Shown here: one piece after another, positions 9,108-19,132 of the stretch
Layout: every line of letters starts with the position of its first letter
Position numbering within the stretch: position 1 is the stretch's first letter
Assembly: GCA_947084845.1 (NCBI GenBank)
Contig: CAMTUE010000004.1
Location: 7,217-71,216 of the forward strand
Source: an uncultured Bryobacteraceae bacterium
GTDB taxonomy: Bacteria > Acidobacteriota > Terriglobia > Bryobacterales > Bryobacteraceae
Direction: 5' to 3'
Length of the DNA stretch: 64,000 nt
Position numbers and translations under genes: made by a program
The notes under the pieces: generated by a model
What the model was told of the DNA's origin: nothing
The model's input: only the letters and a program-made list of their open reading frames with translations
The model's database searches: none

Positions 9108-11523
9108 AGCGATTCCTCCAAATTGTCCGGCCCATTCCCCCGCACCATGAGGCCGCGAACGAAGAGAGCGGGTCCCCAAAACCGCCATCAACCGCGAACG
9201 AAGAGAGCGGGTCCCCAAAACCGCCATCAACCGCGAACAAAGAGAGCGGGTCCCCAAAACCGCCATCAACCGCGAACAAAGAGAGCGGGTCCCCAAAACC
9301 GATTCCAGCCCAGCCGTCGCCCCGCATCCGCCCATGGGTACTGGCTCTAGTCCCATTCATGCTCTCCGCCGCCCCCGCCGAAGACTGCTGGCAGCACCAG
9401 AAGCTCAGCCGCCGCGAACCCGCCCGCGCCTGCTTCATCGCCGCAACGCGCTCGACAGACGCCTGGTCGCAGGCCGAAGGCCTCTGGGGCCTGGGCGACT
9501 TCAAAGCCGCCAACGAAGCCTTCCGCGCCGCTGCGAAGAGCCGCGACAAGGACCCCGGCGTGCGCGTCCGCTGGGGCCGCATGTTGCTCGACCGCTTCAA
9601 CCGCGCCGACGCATCGGACCTGTTCGGCGAAGCCCTTAAACTGAATCCCGACCATCCGCCCGCCCTTATGGGACTCGCCCTCGCCGCCGCCGACGCCTTC
9701 GACCGCCGCGCCATGGAATTCGCCGCCAAGGCGCTGGAAAAGGATCCCAACCTAGTCGAAGCCCGCGAACTCCTCGCCGCCCTGCATCTCGAAGACGTCA
9801 ACCAGCCGAAGGCCGCCGAGGAGGCGACCGCCGCGCTCAAACTCTCCCCGGACGCCCTCGACGCCCACGCCCTGCTCGCAACAATCGAAATCCTAAACGA
9901 CCGTTCCTTACTCGAACCGTCGTCCAACGCGCCTCTCGCCGCCATGCTCGCCCGCAGCCCCCAATACGGCCAGGGCTACGCCCGCATCGCCCACTGGCTC
10001 GTCATCAACCGCCGCTACACCGACGCCATCGCCGCCTACCGCAAGGCCCTCGTCCTCGATCCCTCGCTCGACCGCGCCAAGTCCACGCTCGCCATCAACC
10101 TCATGCGCGTCGGCCAGGACGCCGAAGCCCGCACTCTGCTGACCGAATGTTACGAAGGCGGCCTGCGCAATGCCGCGACCGTCAACACGCTGCGCCTGCT
10201 CGATTCCTACTCGCGTTTCGTCACCATCAAGACCCCCCGCGCCCTCATCAAACTGCACTCCTCCGAAGCCGCGCTTCTCGAACCCTACGTCGCCCGCGAA
10301 ACCGAACGCGCCATCTCCACCTACGAGAAGAAATACGGCTTCACCCTCCCCGGACCCGTCCAACTCGAACTCTACCCCGACCACGAGGACTTCGCCGTCC
10401 GCACCCTTGGCATGCCCGGCCTCGGCGCCCTCGGCGTGGCCTTCGGACTCGCCATCGCGATGGACTCGCCCTCCGCCCGCCCGCCCGGCGAGTTCCACTG
10501 GGCCAGCACACTGTGGCACGAACTCAGCCACGTCTTCGCCCTCGTCGCCACCCGCCACCGCGTCCCGCGCTGGTTCACCGAAGGGCTCGCGGTGCATGAG
10601 GAGACCGCCACCAATCCCGAATGGGGCGACCGTCTCGCGCCCCACATCGTCCAGGCCATCAGGGAGAAAAAACTCCTCCCCATCGCGACGCTCGACCGCG
10701 GCTTCATCCGTCCCGCTTACCCCCAACAGGTGATCGTCAGTTACTTCCAGGCCGGCCGCATCTGCGATTACATCGAGCAGCGCTGGGGCTGGGCCAAGCT
10801 GCGCGGGATGCTCGACATGTTCAAGGAGGTCCGGCCCACGTCGGAGGTCGTCGAAGCCGCCCTCGGCATGAAGGCCGAACAGTTCGATAAGGAGTTCCTC
10901 GCCTGGGTTGAAAAGGAACACGCCACCCCGGTCGCCCGCTACGACGACTTCATCAAGGGCCTCAAGCAGCTCAAACAGGATCTTGCGGCAAAGGACGACG
11001 CCGCGATCCTGAAGACCGCCGCCGCCATCGAATCCTTCTACCCCGAGTTCGTCGAAGCCGGCAACCCTTACGAAGCCGCCGCCGACGTCCTCATTCGCCA
11101 GGGGAACAAGGACCAGGCCCGCGCCGCCCTCTGGAACTACGTCCGCCGCGGCGGACGTTCACCCGAGGCCATCCAGCGCCTCGCCACACTCGAGGAAGAG
11201 GCGGGCAACAGGGAAAAGGCCGTCGAGGTTCTGGAACGTCAACTCTGGATCTACCCCGTCAAGGACGAGCCGCTCCACCGCCGCCTGGGCCAGCTCCGCG
11301 CATCTCTCAACCGCTGGCCGGAAGCCGCCGAGGAGTTCGCCGCCGTGGTCGCCATGAAACCAACCGACCCGGCCGAAGCCCACTTCCGCCTCGCCAACGC
11401 GCTGAAACAAACCGGCCGCATCGAAGCCGCCGAGGAACAGGTCCTGCTCGCACTCGAAGCCGCCCCCGGCTACCGCCCGGCGCAAAAACTCCTGCTTGAA
11501 CTGAATTCAATGGACAAGAAGAA

Positions 11524-11527
<4 letters not shown>
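9104..11527 (+). CDS. TPR-repeat protein with peptidase MA-like (HExxH..E) domain
   Basis: ATGA overlap with the upstream gene. Multiple TPR-like helices. WHELSHVF (HELSH at 10517-10531) followed by WFTEGLAVHEE, a gluzincin-like third ligand. More TPRs at the C-terminus. Confidence 0.7.
9155..9301 (+). repeat. 39-bp in-frame tandem repeat, about 3.8 copies
   Basis: Unit gcgaacgaagagagcgggtccccaaaaccgccatcaacc begins at 9155, 9194, 9233 and 9272. Copies 1-2 are identical. Copies 3-4 carry one G>A change. Encodes ANEESGSPKPPST / ANKESGSPKPPST. Confidence 0.95.
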
Positions 11528-12543
<1,016 letters not shown>

Positions 12544-12564
12544 GCACTCCCAAGGTAACTTTCA

Positions 12565-13452
12565 ATGGTGCAGAGGTTCCTCGACCCGCAGATCCTGGCC
12601 GGCATCGCCAACCTTGAGTTGACGGCGCGCACGGTTGTCGACGGCTTCATCGCCGGCCTCCACCGTTCGCCGGACTTCGGCTTTTCGCAGGAGTTCGCCG
12701 AATACCGCCAGTATGTCCCCGGCGACGATCTGCGCTACGTCGATTGGAACGTCTACGCCCGCGCCGACCGCCTCTATCTGAAGCGCTACCACGGCGAAAC
12801 CAACACCCGCCTGACCGTCCTGCTCGACCGTTCCAACTCGATGGGATTCGCCTCCCAGGGCATCCGCAAGATCGACTATGCGCGGTTTCTGGCCGCCTCG
12901 ATGGCTTACCTTGCCCACCATCAGCGCGACGCCGTCGGCCTGATCGCTTTCGACGACGAAGTCCGCGATTTCATCCCGCCGTCGTCGCGCCAGGGCAACT
13001 GGATGAAGGTCCTTCATGCCATCGACCGCGCCGAACCCGGCAACCGCACCGATTTCGCCAAGCCGTTCCTCCAGTTTCAGGAGGTTCTGCGGAGCCGCGG
13101 CATTGTCCTTGTCGTCTCGGATTTCTACGCTGAACCAGCGTATGTCGTCAAGACCGTCGCCCCGCTGCGCTTCCGCGGCAACGACGTGATTCTCTTCCAT
13201 GTGCTTGATCCCATGGAAGTTCGGCCCGTGCTCAACGAGCCTAAAATCCTCATCGACCTGGAAACCGGACACGAGTTGGAGGTTTCGCCCGAATACGCCG
13301 CCGGTCCCTACCGCCGCAGAATCGACTCGCATCTCGCCGCCATGAAGAGCCAGGCCGAGGCCGCCGGGCTCACCTACATCCTTGTGGAAACCGACAAACC
13401 GCTCGACAAAGCACTGCGCGAGTATCTCGCCATCAGGCAGGGGCGGCTCTAA
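12565..13452 (+). CDS. DUF58 domain protein (MoxR partner)
   Basis: EFAEYRQYVPGDDLRYVDWNVYARADRLYLKRY is the DUF58 hallmark. Sits directly downstream of MoxR. Confidence 0.88.
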   Translation: MVQRFLDPQILAGIANLELTARTVVDGFIAGLHRSPDFGFSQEFAEYRQYVPGDDLRYVDWNVYARADRLYLKRYHGETNTRLTVLLDRSNSMGFASQGIRKIDYARFLAASMAYLAHHQRDAVGLIAFDDEVRDFIPPSSRQGNWMKVLHAIDRAEPGNRTDFAKPFLQFQEVLRSRGIVLVVSDFYAEPAYVVKTVAPLRFRGNDVILFHVLDPMEVRPVLNEPKILIDLETGHELEVSPEYAAGPYRRRIDSHLAAMKSQAEAAGLTYILVETDKPLDKALREYLAIRQGRL

Positions 13453-15435
13453 ATGGGTATTCTGGCGCCGATCTTTTTGACCGCATTAGGGTTGCTGGCG
13501 TTGCCCCTCTGGCTGCACCTGCTTAAGCGCCACCGCTCGACGCCGCAGAAGTTCAGTTCGCTGATGTTCTTCGAGCGCTCGACCGCGGCCAGCGTCAAGC
13601 AGCGCCACCTGGACTATATCCTGTTGCTTCTGTTGAGGTTGGCACTGCTGGCTCTGGCCATTTTCGCCTTCTCCCGCCCGTTCGTCTCGCGCGCGCTTCT
13701 TCCTTCAGAAATGAACGGACTGACCATTCTGGCGATCGACGAATCGGCCAGCATGGGGTCGGAGGACAAACTCGCCCGCGCTCAGAACGAAGCCGTCCGG
13801 GTGGTGGATTCGCTGCCCGCCGGAGCGAGGGCAAGGGTCATGTCGTTTGGATCGACCAGCCACCTGCTGACCGAAGCCAGCGGCGACAAGGATGCGCTCA
13901 AAGCGGCCATACGACCAATCAAACCCACTCCCTCCAGGAGTTCGTTGGGCGACCTGGCGGCTTCGCTGAGAAACCTGGGCCGCAGCACAAACGAACCTAA
14001 GACGGTTCATCTTTTCAGTGACTTGCAGCGTTCGTCGATGCCGCCCGCATTCAACGAATTGCGCCTGAATGCCGGGATGCGGCTGGTGGTTCACTCAATT
14101 GAGGGCAAAGAAAAGGCGAATTGGACGATTGAATCGGTCAACGCCCCGGCTCGCCTGTTGGACCCGTCAACTTCCCGCGTGGAAGCGGTCGTGGCAGGCT
14201 ACGGGACGCCGGCAGCTTCGCGCACGGTGGTCCTGCGCGCGAACGGGCGGCAGATCGCGCAGCAAACCGTCCAGGTTCCCGCCTCGGGCAAGGCGCGAGT
14301 TGTCTTCGACGGAGGGTTCGGCGTCCCTTACGGTTTCGCCGAATGTGAGGTGGCGTTGACTGAATCCGACGCCCTCGATGCTGATAACAAGTTCCTGTTC
14401 GCAGTAAATCGAGCCGACCCTGAGCGCATCATTTTCTCAGGCAATGGTTCAGCTAATAGCGGCTATCTCTATATACAAACAGCACTTGCCTCCGTCTCGC
14501 AGAACCTCTTCAGAATCGAGCAAACGCCTGCCGGCAGTTCGTTTGGTAGCGCCGCCGCCGTCATCCTCTCCGACCCCGGCGCGTTGTCTCCCGCTGCCGA
14601 GGAGTCTCTGCGCAGCTACATCCGGGGCGGCGGCGGGGTCCTGATCGCCGTTGGTCCGGCGACTGCCGCGGCCGGCCGGATTCCGGTCGTGGGGTTGGCC
14701 ATCAAGGGAAGCCGCTATGCCGAGCGCGGCTCTGAACGCTTCGAATCGGTCAGCGAAACCGATCAGACCCATCCGGTGCTGGAAGGCGCGGGGCGCTGGG
14801 AGTCGGTGCGGTTCTATCAGTCGTTCAGAATCGACCCTGGACAGGCGAAGGTCATCGCGCGGCTCAGCGATTCATCTCCGCTGCTGATCGAAGCCCGTTT
14901 AGGGGAAGGGAAGGCGCTCATCCTGGCTTCGCCCCTGGATGGCCGCGCGAACGACCTTCCGCTACAGCCGGTCTTCCTGCAATTCATGGAAAAGAGCCTG
15001 CGCTGGCTGAGCGATGCCGGGGAGCGGGTGGGATCCGTGACGGTGGATGCGAACTACGAATTGCGGCAGTCCGCGGCGGCGGCCACGGTTGAAGTGCTGA
15101 CGCCCGGCGGGCAACGCGCCCTTTCGGTGGCCGAAGCCGCGAAGGCGCGATCCATCTCGTTGGATCAACAAGGTTTCTGGACGATCCGGCGGGCTGGGGG
15201 GCGGGCGGAGATGGTGGCAGTCAACATCGACCGGCGGGAATCGGATCTTGAAGCCATGCCCGCGGAATCGACCGAACTATGGCAGGGGTCGGCTGGCTCG
15301 AACGCGGCTTCCGCGCAGGTCGAGCAGAGCGCGGGGACGCGTCCCCTATGGCCGTGGTTCTTGGCTTTCGCGCTGGCGGCGGCATTGGTTGAGGTCTGGG
15401 TTGCATCCAAGCATCTGAGACGGGAGGCGGCATGA
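13453..15435 (+). CDS. BatA-type N-terminal double-TM domain + VWA protein
   Basis: MGILAPIFLTALGLLALPLWLHLLKRHRSTPQKFSSLMFF matches the aerotolerance-regulator N-terminal domain. ILAIDESASMG is MIDAS-like. C-terminal TM helix. Confidence 0.8.
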   Translation: MGILAPIFLTALGLLALPLWLHLLKRHRSTPQKFSSLMFFERSTAASVKQRHLDYILLLLLRLALLALAIFAFSRPFVSRALLPSEMNGLTILAIDESASMGSEDKLARAQNEAVRVVDSLPAGARARVMSFGSTSHLLTEASGDKDALKAAIRPIKPTPSRSSLGDLAASLRNLGRSTNEPKTVHLFSDLQRSSMPPAFNELRLNAGMRLVVHSIEGKEKANWTIESVNAPARLLDPSTSRVEAVVAGYGTPAASRTVVLRANGRQIAQQTVQVPASGKARVVFDGGFGVPYGFAECEVALTESDALDADNKFLFAVNRADPERIIFSGNGSANSGYLYIQTALASVSQNLFRIEQTPAGSSFGSAAAVILSDPGALSPAAEESLRSYIRGGGGVLIAVGPATAAAGRIPVVGLAIKGSRYAERGSERFESVSETDQTHPVLEGAGRWESVRFYQSFRIDPGQAKVIARLSDSSPLLIEARLGEGKALILASPLDGRANDLPLQPVFLQFMEKSLRWLSDAGERVGSVTVDANYELRQSAAAATVEVLTPGGQRALSVAEAAKARSISLDQQGFWTIRRAGGRAEMVAVNIDRRESDLEAMPAESTELWQGSAGSNAASAQVEQSAGTRPLWPWFLAFALAAALVEVWVASKHLRREAA

Positions 15436-18400
15436 CGTCATTGGAGCAGTTCCGAAGTTGGATTGAATCGATCGAACGGCGGTTCAAGCGGCGCGCTCTG
15501 ATGGGCGGAGCGGCGGCGGTGGCAGGCGCGGCGCTGGGGGCGACGCTGGCCGGCGTATGGGTGGCGAACCGCTATGCGTTCAGCGACCAGAGCCTTCTTT
15601 GGGCGCGGATGGGCGTCTTTCTGGCCATCGCGCTCACCGTGGCATTCGCCATTGCGGTGCCGCTGGCTCGGGCCAGCCGGCGAGGCGTGGCGAAGGAGGC
15701 CGAACGGCGCGACGACGGGTTCAAAGAGCGCGTTCTGACCCTGGTTGAGAGTCCGGAAGGCAATCCGTTCCATGAGATCGTCGCCGAGGAGGCGATGCGG
15801 ACGGCGGTCGAGTGGCCGCCGGAGCGGTTCGTTCCGGGGCTGACTCTGGCGAGTTTCGGGGCCGCGGCCGTGGCTGCGGCGGGCGTGCTGATCTGGCTGA
15901 CCATGGCGGGCCCGGGCGCGCTTGGCTACGGCGCGGCGCTGCTCTGGCGCGGTACGCCGCCCACCCAGGAGGCGTTTTACCGCATCGAGATCGCTCCGGG
16001 CGACAGGAAGGTGAGGAAAGGCTCGGACCAGGTTATCGAAGCCCGGCTGATCGGTTTCGACGCCCCGCAGGTGCGGCTCATGGTGCGGCCGCGTGGCGCG
16101 GCGAAATGGGAAATGGCCCAGATGGAATCGAAGACGGGCGTGCCGGGGACCTACGGGTTCCTCATCGCCTCGTTGATGGAGAACACGGATTACCGGGTCG
16201 AGGCCGGAAGGCTTCAGAGTTCGACGCACCAGTTGACCGTCGTCGATCTGCCGGCGGTGCGGAAGATCCGCGTGACCTACAACTATCCGGCCTGGCTGGG
16301 CATGGCGAAGCGCGTCGAAGATCCGGGCGGCGATCTGCGCGCCGTGGAAGGCACCGAAGCGGTGATCGAGGTTGAAACGGATCGTCCTTTGAATGAAGGA
16401 CAGATGGTCCTCGACGATGGGCGCAAGATTCGTCTGGAAAAGACCGGAGAGCGCACATCGACGGCGCGCGTGCGAATCGAGCGTGAGGCCGTGTATCACA
16501 TCGCGGCGCTGGACGAAGGCGAATCGGTCAGGATCAGCGAGGACTACTTCATCGAACCAAAGGCCGAGAAGCCGCCCGTGGTCCGCATCGCCAGGCCGGG
16601 GCGCGATGCGCGGGTGAGTCCGATTGAGGAAGTGGTGATTGAAGTGGACGCCAGCGACGACTATGCGTTGACCTCGCTTGAACTGCGTTACTCAGTGAAT
16701 GCGGGTCCTGAGAAAGCCGTCGCGTTTCCCCAGTCCAGCGGGGCGAAGGACGGGAAGGGCAAGACGTTGATCGCGTTGGAGGACTACAAACTCCAGCCGG
16801 GCGACCTTCTGTCGATGTACGCGGTGGCGCGCGACGCCCGTTCGGCGACGCAGACCGACATCTTCTTCCTGGAAGCTCAGCCTTTCGAGAAGGAGTACCG
16901 GCAGGGTCAGCAGGTCGATCCAGGCGGTGCCCAGGGGGCAGCCGGAGGCCAGCAGGAAGGCGACATCACCAAACGGCAGAAAGAGGTGATCGCCGCCACC
17001 TGGAATGTGATCCGTTCGAAAAAAGGCGCCGCGGCGTTGAAGGAAGACTCCGAATTCCTGACCGGCGTGCAGAAGAAACTGGGCGAGCAGGCGCGGTCGC
17101 TCGCCGGGCGCATGCAGAGCCGGGATCTGTCGGGGACCAACGAGGAGTTCAAGAAGTTCACCTCCGAGATGCAGTCGGCGGCGAAGTCGATGGACGAGGC
17201 TTCAGAGCAATTGAAGGGGTTGAAGTGGAAAGAGGCGTTGCAGCCGGAACAGAAGGCGCTTCAGCACCTTCTGCGCGCCGAGTCGATCTTCCGCGAGATT
17301 CAAGTGGCCTTCGGTCAGAGTGGGGGCGGGGCTGGCGGGGCGGGAGGACAAAGCCGCGATCTGGAGAGCCTGTTCGACCTGGAGTTGGACACGAACAAGA
17401 ACCAGTACGAGACGGGCGGATCGCAGGAAGTGGCGTCGAACCGCGAACGCCAGGTGGACGAGGCGCTCAAGAAGCTGGAGGAACTCGCCAAACGCCAGCA
17501 GCAACTGGCCGAGCAGCAGAAGCGGAACAGCCAGCAGAGTTTCCAGCAGCGCTGGGAGCAGGAGATGTTGAGGCGCGAGGCCGAGCAGCTCCGGCGGCAG
17601 ATGGAGGAGTTGTCGCGCAATGGAGGGCAGCAGGAGGCGCCGCAACAGGCGCAGTCGGGCCAGTCTCAACAGCAGGGTCAGCAGCAAGGTCAACAGCAGG
17701 GCGGGCAATCGCAGGGCCAGCAGGGTCAACAGCAGGGCGGGCAGGGAAGCCAGCGGGCTCAACAGCAGAGCGGCGCCCAGGGCCAACAACAACAACCGCA
17801 ACGCGCTTTGGGCGAGATGGCAAGGGGCGATCAGAACGGCGATCCGAGGATGAACCGGGCCTTGCAGCAACTCGAACAGGCGATCGAGGACATGCGCCGG
17901 GCGCAGCAGCAGGGCCAGCCGGACGCTCAGCGGGCGGCCGAACGGATGGCCGAGGCAGGGCAGTCGTTGAACCGGATGAGACGGCAGCAGACGGGTCAAC
18001 AGATCGACGACCTGGTGAACCGGTCGAAGGAGCTTGCCGGACGCCAGGAGCAGCTCGAAAAGCAGATCACACAGACCTACGGACCCAAGCCGACCGGCGA
18101 GCCGAACACCGGCACCGAGCAACAGAACAGGGAGCTCGGCGGCGCCAAGGACGCTTTAAGACAGGACTACGAGAGGCTCGAAAAGGATATGCAGGCGGCG
18201 TCGCGGGCGATGGCGGGCAGCCAGCCGCAGGCCTCGTCGCAAGTGCGCGGGGCGCTGGGCGAGGCGCAGCAGGACGAGATCCGATTGCGGTTGCAGTATG
18301 GGGCCGATTTGATCAGGAAGGGCCTGGGTGGATATCTGGCGCCGCGGGAGCGAGTGGTGTCGCAAATGATGCGGAAGTTGAGCGAAAGGCTCGAACGCGC

Positions 18401-19118
18401 GCAGCAGGCGGCCGCGGGTGAACGCGGCGGCGAAAACGAAGGCCGCGAGGCGATCGAGACGGCGTTGAACCAGATCGAACGTGCAAGGCGGGCGCTGAAC
18501 CGGCCCGGCCAGAATGGTCAACAAGGCCAGCAGGGACAACAGGGCCAGCAGGGACAAGGTGGGCAGCAGGGTCAGCAAGGTCAGCAGGGACAGGGGGGCC
18601 AGCAGGGTCAGGGTGGCCAGCAAGGTCAGCAGGGCCAGCGGGACGGCCAGGGATCGTCGCCAGGTCAGCGGCAGCAGCAGTTCGCCGGTGGCGGCAGGAT
18701 GGACCCCGGCTACTCGGCGATCAACGACGGAACGCGTCAGGGACCCCCGGGCGGAGGCCGTCAAGGCGGCGTGTCCACACCCGCCGAAATCGAGCGGGCC
18801 TATTCGGAAGCCATGCGCCAACTGGAGAATGTCCGCGCAGGCGAGGCGGGCGAGATGGAAGGCACTCGCGCCGAAGTCGATGCGTTGATCGAACAGATGA
18901 AGCGGCTGGATCCGAAGCTCTTCCCCGGCAACCCGCAATTGCTGGAAGCGCTGCGGCTATCGGTGTTGCCGAGGATGGAGCAGCTTGAGCTGCGTCTCAG
19001 GCAGCAGCTCGGGGAAGGCCGCGGCGCGGTACGCGGGTTGACGCCTTCGAGAGTCCCGCCCGGCTATGAGAAAGCGGCGGCGGAGTATTACCGCAGGCTG
19101 GGCGCGGGCAAGAAGTAG
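15432..19118 (+). CDS. large membrane-anchored coiled-coil, Q-rich protein (DUF4175-like)
   Basis: ATGA overlap with the upstream gene. Three N-terminal TM helices, a beta-rich middle, then a long E/Q/R-rich coiled-coil with two GQQ tracts. DUF4175 assignment is from memory of Bat-neighbourhood proteins and is unverified. Confidence 0.6.
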   Translation: MTSLEQFRSWIESIERRFKRRALMGGAAAVAGAALGATLAGVWVANRYAFSDQSLLWARMGVFLAIALTVAFAIAVPLARASRRGVAKEAERRDDGFKERVLTLVESPEGNPFHEIVAEEAMRTAVEWPPERFVPGLTLASFGAAAVAAAGVLIWLTMAGPGALGYGAALLWRGTPPTQEAFYRIEIAPGDRKVRKGSDQVIEARLIGFDAPQVRLMVRPRGAAKWEMAQMESKTGVPGTYGFLIASLMENTDYRVEAGRLQSSTHQLTVVDLPAVRKIRVTYNYPAWLGMAKRVEDPGGDLRAVEGTEAVIEVETDRPLNEGQMVLDDGRKIRLEKTGERTSTARVRIEREAVYHIAALDEGESVRISEDYFIEPKAEKPPVVRIARPGRDARVSPIEEVVIEVDASDDYALTSLELRYSVNAGPEKAVAFPQSSGAKDGKGKTLIALEDYKLQPGDLLSMYAVARDARSATQTDIFFLEAQPFEKEYRQGQQVDPGGAQGAAGGQQEGDITKRQKEVIAATWNVIRSKKGAAALKEDSEFLTGVQKKLGEQARSLAGRMQSRDLSGTNEEFKKFTSEMQSAAKSMDEASEQLKGLKWKEALQPEQKALQHLLRAESIFREIQVAFGQSGGGAGGAGGQSRDLESLFDLELDTNKNQYETGGSQEVASNRERQVDEALKKLEELAKRQQQLAEQQKRNSQQSFQQRWEQEMLRREAEQLRRQMEELSRNGGQQEAPQQAQSGQSQQQGQQQGQQQGGQSQGQQGQQQGGQGSQRAQQQSGAQGQQQQPQRALGEMARGDQNGDPRMNRALQQLEQAIEDMRRAQQQGQPDAQRAAERMAEAGQSLNRMRRQQTGQQIDDLVNRSKELAGRQEQLEKQITQTYGPKPTGEPNTGTEQQNRELGGAKDALRQDYERLEKDMQAASRAMAGSQPQASSQVRGALGEAQQDEIRLRLQYGADLIRKGLGGYLAPRERVVSQMMRKLSERLERAQQAAAGERGGENEGREAIETALNQIERARRALNRPGQNGQQGQQGQQGQQGQGGQQGQQGQQGQGGQQGQGGQQGQQGQRDGQGSSPGQRQQQFAGGGRMDPGYSAINDGTRQGPPGGGRQGGVSTPAEIERAYSEAMRQLENVRAGEAGEMEGTRAEVDALIEQMKRLDPKLFPGNPQLLEALRLSVLPRMEQLELRLRQQLGEGRGAVRGLTPSRVPPGYEKAAAEYYRRLGAGKK
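17643..17801 (+). repeat. Q/G low-complexity tract 1 in the 1228-aa protein
   Basis: Encodes QQAQSGQSQQQGQQQGQQQGGQSQGQQGQQQGGQG..QGQQQQPQ. Confidence 0.9.
18507..18653 (+). repeat. (GQQ)n low-complexity tract 2
   Basis: Encodes GQNGQQGQQGQQGQQGQGGQQGQQGQQGQGGQQGQGGQQGQQGQRDGQG, with cagcagggtcag-type nucleotide periodicity. Confidence 0.9.
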
Positions 19119-19132
19119 GAGCGGCTTACAGG

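Noticed and set aside
9155-9301. Possible CRISPR array
   Set aside because: The repeats are contiguous with no spacers, are in frame within a long ORF, and no cas genes are present in the window.
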